Part shown: positions 39,258-48,375 of the stretch, one piece after another
Numbering within the stretch: the first letter of the stretch is position 1
How the letters are laid out: every line of letters starts with the position of its first letter
From: Calditrichaceae bacterium
GTDB taxonomy: Bacteria; Calditrichota; Calditrichia; Calditrichales; JBFXGD01
Length of the DNA: 54,187 nucleotides
NCBI GenBank assembly: GCA_050178385.1
Contig: JBFXGD010000004.1
Span: forward strand, 1 to 54,187
Reading direction: 5' to 3'
Position numbers and translations under genes: made by a program
The notes under the pieces: generated by a model
What the model saw: only the letters and a program-made list of their open reading frames with translations
Databases searched by the model: none
What the model was told of the DNA's origin: nothing

Positions 39258-39550
39258 GCTCTGACTCCATGTTTGAACGCATTAACCTTAAAAGAAAGAA
39301 CCGGTATCTGCTAATTAGTGAAAATTTCTGAATAAATCATTATGAATTTAAACTTTATCAATTTGACTATCCATAGACTTTGATACGGTGTGCAAGAGAA
39401 TATACCATTGAAATATAATCGATTGTGAAATATGAATCAATATTGATTCTATTGCCTTTTGACCTAAGGTAAATATTCTTACAAACCCTAAATGTAAATA
39501 GAAATTAGGCATGCATTTATTCTCTCATCAGATTGGCTGTCTGTCATCGA

Positions 39551-41368
39551 TTACTTTTTATCAGTTGCTTTTTTAGAAGGACCCCCGCCAAACAATATTC
39601 CAAATTGAATATTCGCGCTTTCATTTATATTATGATCATCACGGTATTGTTGATACACAGCCTTCAGAAAAAAATGATAGTCTAACTGAATTCTGAGATC
39701 CGCGTAGTACCCGTAGGTTGTTTGTTTAACTTTATCCACCTGGTCACCATCTATCTCATTATAAAAATAGTTTTCTCCGATAAAAGCACCGGCTGATGGA
39801 TAGAGCGTTTCCCACAAGACAAATGGAGTAAATCCAAGATAGCCGGTCCAGCTATAGGTGGCCAAACTGTCTTTTTCAACCGAAGATGTGTTCAAATCTG
39901 TGGTTTTAAATCTAAAGCTGCCTCCGATCGTAAGGGGATTCAGATAAATGGAAATATCCCCGATGTAGCCGTAGTCATCAAGCGGATCAGATATTTCATT
40001 TGATTGTGTGATTTCGTTCAGCATCTCAGGGGGCAATTGCCAGTAATATCCGCCAAAAGAGATAAGTAACCCGTTGGAAATGTCGGAAATCCGACCATTA
40101 CCAAATGCGGTTAGACGGAAGAAGCGATTTCTTGTTTTGACAAGTTCATACTCGCGTTCCTTTCCTCGTGAATCAATAGAAAAGGATTTGTTTTTTGTAT
40201 CATAACCGTCCTTTTCTATGCGGATTGAATATTTACCGGGATCAAGTTCCATTTCATACATAGGAATAGATCCCCTGTACCGGTCATTGATAAAAATACT
40301 GGCTCCCGAGGTTCCTTTAACTGTGAAGAGACCATTAGGTGAAGGCGCTACACGCAGATTCAGGTCACGATCCCCGGTTACGTCAATATGGAGCGAATCG
40401 GAACGATGGCGACGCTTGCGGGCTTCAAGTTTGTACTGTCCGGCCGGGACTGTCCGCGAAATAGGGGTCGAGCCGATGTAATTGTTATCCAGATAAATCT
40501 CCGTTTCAGGGACTTTGCTGTCAATAATTAAGTTGCCCTCTTTACGAATAAGATTGGCCTGAATCGGTATGGATTTTACCGGATCATCATTCGGTACTAT
40601 TTCCATGGCATAAGTAAAAGGATGATAGTATGGTTTTTCCAGACGCAGAAGAATCCTCCCCTCGGGGACCGCGACCGGCAAATCAGGACTAAACGTGATT
40701 TCTTTATCATTGATAAATAAAAGCGCATCATCATGAGAAAGAGAAATGGTGATATAGCCAAACGTCGGGGTAAGCGTTAGTTCCTGGCTGACAGTTTTAC
40801 CATCCTGAACTTTGATGAACATTTCATGGGTGACATATCCTGCTTTGGTGATAATAAATTTCCATGTCTGAGCGCTCAGATTTTCAAAACGATATGGGCT
40901 AATTCTGTTGAAACCGGGAATTCCGTCGATCTGAATGTTGGCACCTGCGGGATTGGTCGTTAAAAGTAGATGACCTTTTCGAGAATTATACTTTGAATCA
41001 GCGGAAATTTTTATCACGAATACAGCGCGGGGGGCGAGCTGAATGCCCTCTTCCGATAATATAATTTGCTTGGGTTGAAAGCCATTATGGAATACTTCCA
41101 GCACACGTTCATCGGGAGACAAATAAATGATGTCGCGTCCGGGTTGATCATCCACTTTGACTACACCATTATACGCGTCATAACTGAATCCATCCATGTC
41201 GGATATAATACAGATAGCGGCGCAAAACCGGCCGTTTTCGTCTTTTACGCCTGTCATTTCATCTGAAGACTTTTCCGCTTTGCCAACAATTTGAAGTTGA
41301 GAGAGATTTTGAGCCTGAAGATACGCTGAAAATAATATAACAACCAATAACGTCCTTGTCATGAGCAT
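39551..41368 (-). CDS. PEGA domain-containing exported protein
   Basis: Signal peptide; repeated PEGA motifs (TNPAGANIQIDG, ETEIYLDNNYIGSTP...PAGQY, GASIFIND...PGKYSIRIEKDGY); beta-strand-rich C-terminus. Confidence 0.85.
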   Translation of the reverse strand: MLMTRTLLVVILFSAYLQAQNLSQLQIVGKAEKSSDEMTGVKDENGRFCAAICIISDMDGFSYDAYNGVVKVDDQPGRDIIYLSPDERVLEVFHNGFQPKQIILSEEGIQLAPRAVFVIKISADSKYNSRKGHLLLTTNPAGANIQIDGIPGFNRISPYRFENLSAQTWKFIITKAGYVTHEMFIKVQDGKTVSQELTLTPTFGYITISLSHDDALLFINDKEITFSPDLPVAVPEGRILLRLEKPYYHPFTYAMEIVPNDDPVKSIPIQANLIRKEGNLIIDSKVPETEIYLDNNYIGSTPISRTVPAGQYKLEARKRRHRSDSLHIDVTGDRDLNLRVAPSPNGLFTVKGTSGASIFINDRYRGSIPMYEMELDPGKYSIRIEKDGYDTKNKSFSIDSRGKEREYELVKTRNRFFRLTAFGNGRISDISNGLLISFGGYYWQLPPEMLNEITQSNEISDPLDDYGYIGDISIYLNPLTIGGSFRFKTTDLNTSSVEKDSLATYSWTGYLGFTPFVLWETLYPSAGAFIGENYFYNEIDGDQVDKVKQTTYGYYADLRIQLDYHFFLKAVYQQYRDDHNINESANIQFGILFGGGPSKKATDKK

Positions 41369-41789
41369 CTTTCCTTAAAACATAATCGGGAGGTAGTGTA
41401 TAGATCAAAAGTAAAGTTTGATTTCTTAGAATCGTCAATAAATATATCCTTGCAGGAAAATATCGGCATGAAAAATAAAAACTTCACAAAAAAACAAATG
41501 TTAACGGAATTTAGTTCAGCTTGTTAATTAAATTAATTGATTTCTACTGACATGGTGTAATGTAAGCCTTTAGCAGGAAATGGACTTTCATGCACGCTGC
41601 GTCAAAGATTAAGCGGATTCCTGCCGGCGGTTGGCAAAACCCGCGTTAAAATCATTTGAATGAAGAATTTGATACCGAGTCTGATATTTTTTCTAACTCG
41701 GTCATATCGTTGATTTGAATGATAATCAGAGATCTTTCTCACGTTCTTAAATATTTGTTTTTGCAATCGCCGGCTAGTGCAATGCCTTT

Positions 41790-42350
41790 TTACATGGTCT
41801 CGGCGCTCATGGTATCCGGAACCATGGACTCACAGGTTTGTTTCAGATTTTTCAGTCCCTTTTCAAAATCAGGCCCCATCATTTGATCCAGAAAAAGCCC
41901 GAAATAACGTCCGACGGGATAATCCAGTTCACCGACATTGGCCCAGACGACCTGGGTACCGTTCCCCGATGGTCTAAATTCCCATACATCAAATGATTTC
42001 ATCGCCTGAGGCTCAAGAAAGATTAAATCAGATTTAATGGATTTGTTTTCTTCCGCTTCCAGAATGTTCAGATATCCGGTGCCAAGAACTTTTCCTTCCC
42101 ATGCCCATTTAGAGCCTACCCCTTTTCCGGGTCCTGAAATAACGGAATTGGCATCAGGATCCATCGCTGTCCAGGGATTCCAATTTTCCCAGTTTCTAAG
42201 ATCAATAACCTGATTGTAAACAGTGCTTACAGGTTTTTCAATTGAAATGGTCCGTTCAACCCGGTAATCGGAAGGCAGAAAAAGAGCCACAACCAAAAAC
42301 AAAGCGATTATTCCCGCCAGCACATAGAGCGTTAGTTTTAAAATTTTCAT
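41790..42350 (-). CDS. SRPBCC (polyketide cyclase-like) family protein
   Basis: LPSDYRVERTISI, W..WNPW, GVGSKWAW, MGPDFEKGLKNLK; start ATG 42350. Confidence 0.9.
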   Translation of the reverse strand: MKILKLTLYVLAGIIALFLVVALFLPSDYRVERTISIEKPVSTVYNQVIDLRNWENWNPWTAMDPDANSVISGPGKGVGSKWAWEGKVLGTGYLNILEAEENKSIKSDLIFLEPQAMKSFDVWEFRPSGNGTQVVWANVGELDYPVGRYFGLFLDQMMGPDFEKGLKNLKQTCESMVPDTMSAETM

Positions 42351-42504
42351 GATCCCCCCAAAATAAGTTTGAATGACTGACTTATTAACGAACGATGCGC
42401 TAATATTTATTTCGATTATTATTATGTAAATGAGATATGACAGATTGTGAAACACGCATCCGGAAGAAATCGGGGATATGAAATGACATTTTTCCCGTCT
42501 ACAA

Positions 42505-42599
42505 TTCTTACTTCCTACTTCTTACTTAAGGCTAAGGCACTAATTTACTGTTCTTACTCTTTTATCTTTTATCTTTTGTCTTTTTTCTTAATTTCCTAC
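42505..42599. repeat. Degenerate heptamer tandem repeats
   Basis: TTCTTAC-TTCCTAC-TTCTTAC (42505-42525), then TTCTTAC-TCTTTTA-TCTTTTA-TCTTTTG-TCTTTTT-TCTTAAT-TTCCTAC (42551-42599). Confidence 0.6.
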
Positions 42600-43891
42600 T
42601 TCCCTCCGTACCGCTTCATCTCATGACAGCCCGAAAAGCATGTTTTTCCATCTTCGGTTTCAACAAGTCGTACAGGCATTGTCCATTTGCCAAAGGATAC
42701 CTTTCCGGCGATGATATGTTCCTGATCGGAGCCATGCATATCGTGACAAAGCATACAGTTCCGTCCCTTATCCCGATTGACGTGCAGATAATGGAGATTT
42801 TGTTTTTCATCGCTGAAACCGGACGCTTCACTTCCCGTGTCTTCAATAAGCGAGGTCTCATGACAATTGAAACAGACCGCGAAGGATTCCGAATCTCCTG
42901 AAGTATAAGCGCTGTTTGGGAAGTTAGCGTTCAGCAGGGAGGTAAATTCGGATGAATGGGGAAGATGGCAGGCATCACATCCTCCATCCATAGCCGGGGG
43001 ATGGATATATTCTTTTTCTTGCAAACGATTCTTGATTTTTCCAGATCTCGAATACTCAACCGGTAGAGAAGTGTCGTGACATGTAAGACAAAGCTCCTCC
43101 CTCTGCTGATTCAACAATCCATCCACATCGGATGCATGAGCTTTATGACAACTGAGACAGGATCGCTCATCAGCAATTGCTTTATGGATTGAAATATTTT
43201 CAGATTGGTCTTCGTGGCATTCATAGCACTGTCCGGGAACCGGTGTTTTCAGCAGCGACGCGTATTGGGATGTGTGAGTATGATGACAATCAGAACATTC
43301 ACCTTCGTAAGCAGGGTGTACATTACTCAGTGTCAGCTCATCTTTCTGATCATCATGGCAATCGAAGCAAAGCTGCGGTGATTCCTTTCTCAGAAACGCC
43401 GCGAAATCGGATTGATGCGGATTGTGGCAATCTGTGCACTGATTGTTTTCCGCAGGGGGATGATTTACCGCCTTCGGATTATTATACAGATCATGGCATT
43501 TACCGCAAATCTCACCCTGGTCTGCGGCAATCAACAGCGCGGGGTTATTAGAACTGTGAACATCATGACAGGCGGTACATTCACCCGCGACAACCGGCGC
43601 ATGAACATCATCTTTTTCATGTTTTGAGTCATGACAATCATAACATAGGTACGGCATCTCGTTTAAAAGTGAAAATTCTTCGCCCTCCGAACCGGGATGA
43701 ATAAACCCGTTTGATTCGTGACAGGAAGCGCAGTCATCTTCGATGGGTGGATGAATATGTGATCGAACCAGATAGGACCCGTGACAGCCTGACGAGGTGC
43801 AGGATGGCTCCTCTTCCGCCTCCTGAGCAAAAAGAAGAGATTGATGAAAGAATAGTATAACTGTGGTATAAAATATGATCCGAACTGTCAT
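42596..43891 (-). CDS. Periplasmic multiheme c-type cytochrome (about 15 hemes)
   Basis: Signal peptide; 13 CxxCH plus CTSSGCH (Cx4CH) and CFSGCH (Cx3CH); paired HxP..CxxCHxxH / LCxxCH repeats. Confidence 0.92.
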   Translation of the reverse strand: MTVRIIFYTTVILFFHQSLLFAQEAEEEPSCTSSGCHGSYLVRSHIHPPIEDDCASCHESNGFIHPGSEGEEFSLLNEMPYLCYDCHDSKHEKDDVHAPVVAGECTACHDVHSSNNPALLIAADQGEICGKCHDLYNNPKAVNHPPAENNQCTDCHNPHQSDFAAFLRKESPQLCFDCHDDQKDELTLSNVHPAYEGECSDCHHTHTSQYASLLKTPVPGQCYECHEDQSENISIHKAIADERSCLSCHKAHASDVDGLLNQQREELCLTCHDTSLPVEYSRSGKIKNRLQEKEYIHPPAMDGGCDACHLPHSSEFTSLLNANFPNSAYTSGDSESFAVCFNCHETSLIEDTGSEASGFSDEKQNLHYLHVNRDKGRNCMLCHDMHGSDQEHIIAGKVSFGKWTMPVRLVETEDGKTCFSGCHEMKRYGGK

Positions 43892-43901
43892 GAGTTCATC
43901 C

Positions 43902-45869
43902 TTAGAATTTTCTTTCAACGCGCAAAAATCCGGCGTTATATGTTATCTCTTCCCCTGAAAAATCACGCCTGTAGGTTTCCAGCCCCACGGTCAGATACAT
44001 TTGCCTGAAGCGTGTCGTAAATTCACTCCGGAGAGTGGCAAGATTGAGATCAATGCCTCTTCCATCCTGAAAACGGTAGCTTGTTTCCAAACTGATTTTT
44101 GAGATACGGGAAAGACGGTATAAGAACCGGCCGGTGAGATCCCTGAATTTCTGATCTTCTTCATTTTCCGTTAATGAATAATTCCGGATATTTCCTGAGA
44201 GAGAAACATTCAGCCTGTTAAACAAATATCTGTTAAAGGAGATATAATACCGCACTGAATGATACGGAACGATGTTGCTGTTGTAGTCGTCAAGCTCAAC
44301 TCCGCCGGAAACCGGACCTTTGGACAATCGCGTGCCGAAGACTCTCTCAGAAACCGTTTTGAGTACCGCGGAATCCGAGCCCTCAGAATTATGTATATCC
44401 TGTTCGTATGAACGAAAATAGAATTCGGCAATCTGGTTAAAAACGGTTATTCTTACACCGAATGCATTACTGAATATATCGTATTGATATGATGTCTGAA
44501 GTGTCACTGTGTAATCCACCAGAACTTTTGTTCCATCTGCTATCTGACCACCCGGCAGGCGCTGAATTTCCAGAAAATCTCCGCGTATGATTATGATATA
44601 ATCGAGATTTTCCTGATAAGGGACCAATCCGGTTTCATCTGTGACTACTATACTCGCCGGATCTGCATAAGGATTCTCCAGCAATATCGTCTGTCCGTCA
44701 AAAAGCGTAATCGCTTCATTGATGATTCTCGACGCGCTTGGCATGCTGTTGCGATTTTCATTGCGATTTCTGAGCTCGTAGTCGATGGAAAGATTGCCGG
44801 TCGGTATTTTTTTTAAATAATTGAACCCGATGGTGCCGGTATTGGTAAACTGATTGAATCCGCTCTGATTAAGATCGATATACTCATAATGAGCAAAGCT
44901 TCTGAGACTTTGGTACAACTGGTGTTCAATTCTTCCGGAGATATTATGCTGGTCGGAGCTGAAAGCTTTCTGGTCAAATGAAGCAAACCGGTAATCGCCT
45001 GAAAAATCCAGATTATACGGTAAAACAAGTCTGACATTCTCACTGGCTGTCAGCCGGTCAAAGTCTTCGCTTCCGGTCTGATTATAATACCATATCAGCG
45101 AATTGAGATTATAATTCCGGTCTTCATCCAGGAATAAATTATCCCGCAGATTGACGCTTGATATTTTATTGTGTACGGATGAGTTTTGAGCGTATTCACG
45201 TGAATAATCTTCATACGAATAGGTTAAGCGGTGGTCGTCGTAACGGCTGAATGATTTACTGAATTCGGTTCTGAAATTATCCCTGGTATTCACAAAATCA
45301 CGCCCGGTCTGTAATTCCTTCTGTTCCCAGTTCTCATGAGAATAATTAATGCTAACCGGGACTATGTCATTGCGGTACGAGGCACCTCCGCCTATATCTG
45401 TTCTGTAGTTCTCAACATTGGTAAGGTATTCGCGGTTCACATAGCTGTGGCTGAAATTTGTAAATAGGTTAAATGTAAAGGGGCGTTTATTAAAAAATGA
45501 TGTATGGATATTTATTTTTTCACCTGTTTTGGTTTCCGTGCGGTTCGGAACAACCAAAAACTGATCCCGCCGGATCCCGGGATTGAAATCCATATCGGCG
45601 TTTATCACCACAAAATTGGGGTGCCAGACATAGCTTTTTGATCTTAACAGTATCTCTCCGGAAAAAATTGTGGATTCGGGTCTGTCTGATAATCCGGAAG
45701 GATAAACCGTTTCCTGCGAACGGAACTCACTTTCCATAACAACAGAACCGTTTACAGATTGCAGATGCCATTCCCCGATCGAATAAAGATCACCGTCCTG
45801 TCCCGTAGAAGGAGACAGCATCATCAAAATAAGAACCGGCACTAAACCAATTATTTTCCGTGACATCAT
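43902..45869 (-). CDS. Outer-membrane beta-barrel protein (putative cytochrome-conduit porin)
   Basis: Signal peptide, alternating amphipathic beta-strands rich in Y/F/S/N/R, C-terminal Phe (FLRVERKF), flanked by multiheme cytochromes. Confidence 0.8.
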   Translation of the reverse strand: MMSRKIIGLVPVLILMMLSPSTGQDGDLYSIGEWHLQSVNGSVVMESEFRSQETVYPSGLSDRPESTIFSGEILLRSKSYVWHPNFVVINADMDFNPGIRRDQFLVVPNRTETKTGEKINIHTSFFNKRPFTFNLFTNFSHSYVNREYLTNVENYRTDIGGGASYRNDIVPVSINYSHENWEQKELQTGRDFVNTRDNFRTEFSKSFSRYDDHRLTYSYEDYSREYAQNSSVHNKISSVNLRDNLFLDEDRNYNLNSLIWYYNQTGSEDFDRLTASENVRLVLPYNLDFSGDYRFASFDQKAFSSDQHNISGRIEHQLYQSLRSFAHYEYIDLNQSGFNQFTNTGTIGFNYLKKIPTGNLSIDYELRNRNENRNSMPSASRIINEAITLFDGQTILLENPYADPASIVVTDETGLVPYQENLDYIIIIRGDFLEIQRLPGGQIADGTKVLVDYTVTLQTSYQYDIFSNAFGVRITVFNQIAEFYFRSYEQDIHNSEGSDSAVLKTVSERVFGTRLSKGPVSGGVELDDYNSNIVPYHSVRYYISFNRYLFNRLNVSLSGNIRNYSLTENEEDQKFRDLTGRFLYRLSRISKISLETSYRFQDGRGIDLNLATLRSEFTTRFRQMYLTVGLETYRRDFSGEEITYNAGFLRVERKF

Positions 45870-45905
45870 TTTTTACCTTAAAAATGATAAAACTAATCCG
45901 TAAAA

Positions 45906-46466
45906 TTACCTGAATAAATAGGCATCTTCTCCGCCGTGCGGATTATGGCAATCCAGGCAATTTGTGTCGCCCAGATCCTGATGCGCTTCATTTTTGAAAA
46001 CATCCTCGCTCTGATGGCAGAAAAGACATAACTCTTGTCCGGTCCGAACCAGAAGATGCTCATTTTTTGACAAATGCGGATTATGACATTCCGTACAAAA
46101 TCCGGCGCCCACCGGTCCATGTAGCGCCTCGTAATTCCCGCTGAAGTCTTCATGGCACTGATAGCAAAGTCCCGGCTGTTCATCGATCAGGGCGTTTCCT
46201 TTTTCGGGAACATGGCAGGCATCACATGATTTTTCGGCATAAACCGGGTGGATTGTCATTTTCGGGCGATCGGATTTTGGAGAAACAGGAATACCTGAAT
46301 CATTGACGGTTACCGAGACCGTATCCATGGTCACCGATTGTTTCGCTTCAGGATCCGGCACTCCGTCAAAAAATGTCGAGAGTACTTTATGACGGCTTTC
46401 AGGATGACAAGCAACCAAAAGCGCGATGGCCGCCAGCAGAAAGATGAAAGTAATATGAGTTCGCAA
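45906..46466 (-). CDS. Pentaheme c-type cytochrome lipoprotein
   Basis: LVAC lipobox, FFDGVP motif, 5 CxxCH (CDACH, CYQCH, CTECH, CLFCH, CLDCH); TTG start. Confidence 0.88.
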   Translation of the reverse strand: MRTHITFIFLLAAIALLVACHPESRHKVLSTFFDGVPDPEAKQSVTMDTVSVTVNDSGIPVSPKSDRPKMTIHPVYAEKSCDACHVPEKGNALIDEQPGLCYQCHEDFSGNYEALHGPVGAGFCTECHNPHLSKNEHLLVRTGQELCLFCHQSEDVFKNEAHQDLGDTNCLDCHNPHGGEDAYLFR

Positions 46467-46540
46467 GGCTGTTCCCTGAAATTTGGTTTAGGAACAATTA
46501 TTCAGACAATACATTGTTCTCGGTTATAAGCCGTTAAATG

Positions 46541-47614
46541 TTATTCCTTCACGTCAACAAATCCGTAAACGTTGATCTTATCCGGCCCGTACTGATTGGT
46601 CACAAAAATCAGATATTGTAATTCAAATCCGGGATGAACATATTTTCGAAAATACTCAAGATTATCATAATCTATTACTACTTTGGCGGGCAGCCACATA
46701 TCACCGGGGCCTTTGTAACTGCCACCGAAAAACATCAGTAATTGATCTTCTTCATTAAAAAGCTGGACATTTTCAAAACCGGCGTCAACTACGAATAAAT
46801 TGGATTGTTTATCCACCGATATTCCTTTTGGACGTACAAATTGCCCCGCGTTTTTTCCGTAGCTGCCTATCGAACGCAGAAATTCACCTTCAGTTGAAAA
46901 TACCTTTATCCGGAAATCACCGAAATCACTCACATAAACCTGATTGTTTTTTACAAAAAGATTTGTCGGGGAGTAGAGGTTGCTCTCTCCGGTATTTTCA
47001 TCATCGGCAGGGATCGACCGTATCAGTTTGTGGTCTTCTTTTGAAAACGCCAGAATCTTATGGCTTTTTATATCGCTGATCCAAATTAGCTCATCGGTTA
47101 CAAAAACATCAGTTGGCCTCTCGATGTCACTACTGCCGAAACTGTTAACAAATTTGCCGTTTTCATCAAAAATGACGATATCGCCTCTTTCCGAATCAGC
47201 CACATAAACCAGTCCGTCAACATCCACAAAACAGTTGATCGGTTTCTTGAGCTGACCCTTTCCGGCCGGTTTCAGATAATCAAATGAACGGGTGTTCAGA
47301 TCGATGATTTCGAGACCGCCAAGCATCGTGTCACAGACATAAATTCTGCCGCGATATATAGCCAGTCCGTAGGGTTTGACGATTGACCGGCTTTCATCTT
47401 CACCCAGCACATACCGGGCAAACGCGGATCGCCGCCCGGTGATGTCGCTTGAGCTGCTGATACGGGTTAAAAACTGAATTCTCGTCGTTGCCGGAGGTGC
47501 GGGGTAGATGACGACATTATCATCATTGACAGGCTTATTGAATGACCTGCTGCATGAAATAGTCATCATTACCATAAGAAAAGACACTACACTTAACTGA
47601 AATAATTTCTTCAT
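46541..47614 (-). CDS. NHL-repeat beta-propeller lipoprotein
   Basis: TISC lipobox; YPAPPATTRIQF; NHL repeats (GQFVRPKGISVD..NLFVVD, PGDMWLPA). Confidence 0.88.
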   Translation of the reverse strand: MKKLFQLSVVSFLMVMMTISCSRSFNKPVNDDNVVIYPAPPATTRIQFLTRISSSSDITGRRSAFARYVLGEDESRSIVKPYGLAIYRGRIYVCDTMLGGLEIIDLNTRSFDYLKPAGKGQLKKPINCFVDVDGLVYVADSERGDIVIFDENGKFVNSFGSSDIERPTDVFVTDELIWISDIKSHKILAFSKEDHKLIRSIPADDENTGESNLYSPTNLFVKNNQVYVSDFGDFRIKVFSTEGEFLRSIGSYGKNAGQFVRPKGISVDKQSNLFVVDAGFENVQLFNEEDQLLMFFGGSYKGPGDMWLPAKVVIDYDNLEYFRKYVHPGFELQYLIFVTNQYGPDKINVYGFVDVKE

Positions 47615-47703
47615 CGAATTACACTCATATTCAGTATATTGAATTCACAATCCGTCTGGATTAACCGTTTAGCTCCGCCGCGGCGAATGTTATCATCCTT
47701 GAT

Positions 47704-48327
47704 TTATTTATTATGACAAGTCAGGCACAGGGCGCTCGATGAATTAGAGATTACGAGAAGTTTGCTGAAACCCTGGCTGTTATGAACATCATGACAGGAA
47801 GCGCACTGCACTTTGCCGCCGATTAACAGATCGTTGCTGATGGTTCCGCCCATGCCTGAATTCGCGGTGGAAGGATCATACAATCCACCGTCTGAATTTG
47901 CCAGCGCGGCGTCGTATGTGAATGAAACCGGATGATCATCACTAAGATCGGTACCTACAAGGCTGTTTCCTGTGATAAAATGGCTTCCACCTGTCTGCCC
48001 GCCGTAATTGTCAACGGCTATTGTACCGTCGTGACAGCTCATACAAAGTTTTGATGAGGCATCCGGCTGACCCACAGTGGCGTTCATGGACGCGCTGCTG
48101 TATGGAGTGAATGTGGCGGAGGTCATCTCATGATTCCATAGCGGGGCGTCACTGACAGATACATCGGCATTGTGAGTGGTGTGGCAGACGATGCAGATCT
48201 GGTCACTTGTATTCCAGGCGGCGGATGAAAAATCGTGTGCAGACCCAACAATGGACTGAGCGAACGCGCTACCGCCGATCATAAAGAATAAAATCACGGC
48301 CAGGTTAAAAATTGATAATCGTTTCAT
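47704..48327 (-). CDS. Tetraheme c-type cytochrome, OmcE-like (putative nanowire subunit)
   Basis: Signal peptide AFA-QS; SI..S.HDFS, QICIVCHTTHNA, PLWN, LCMSCHDG, GTDLSDDHPVSF, VQCASCHDVH, LCLTCHNK terminus. Confidence 0.85.
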   Translation of the reverse strand: MKRLSIFNLAVILFFMIGGSAFAQSIVGSAHDFSSAAWNTSDQICIVCHTTHNADVSVSDAPLWNHEMTSATFTPYSSASMNATVGQPDASSKLCMSCHDGTIAVDNYGGQTGGSHFITGNSLVGTDLSDDHPVSFTYDAALANSDGGLYDPSTANSGMGGTISNDLLIGGKVQCASCHDVHNSQGFSKLLVISNSSSALCLTCHNK

Positions 48328-48375
48328 GACTGTTCCTTTCAATTGTTTGTTTTTACAATATGAAAAAAATTCCTG

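Noticed and set aside
41369-41789. Possible ncRNA or riboswitch in the 420-bp intergenic region
   Set aside because: Only a weak ACCGAGT/ACTCGGT stem; no recognisable tRNA or riboswitch motif
42596-46466. Calling the barrel and cytochromes MtrAB
   Set aside because: Heme counts (15 and 5), the lipobox and the barrel insertion do not match the decaheme MtrA/MtrB architecture
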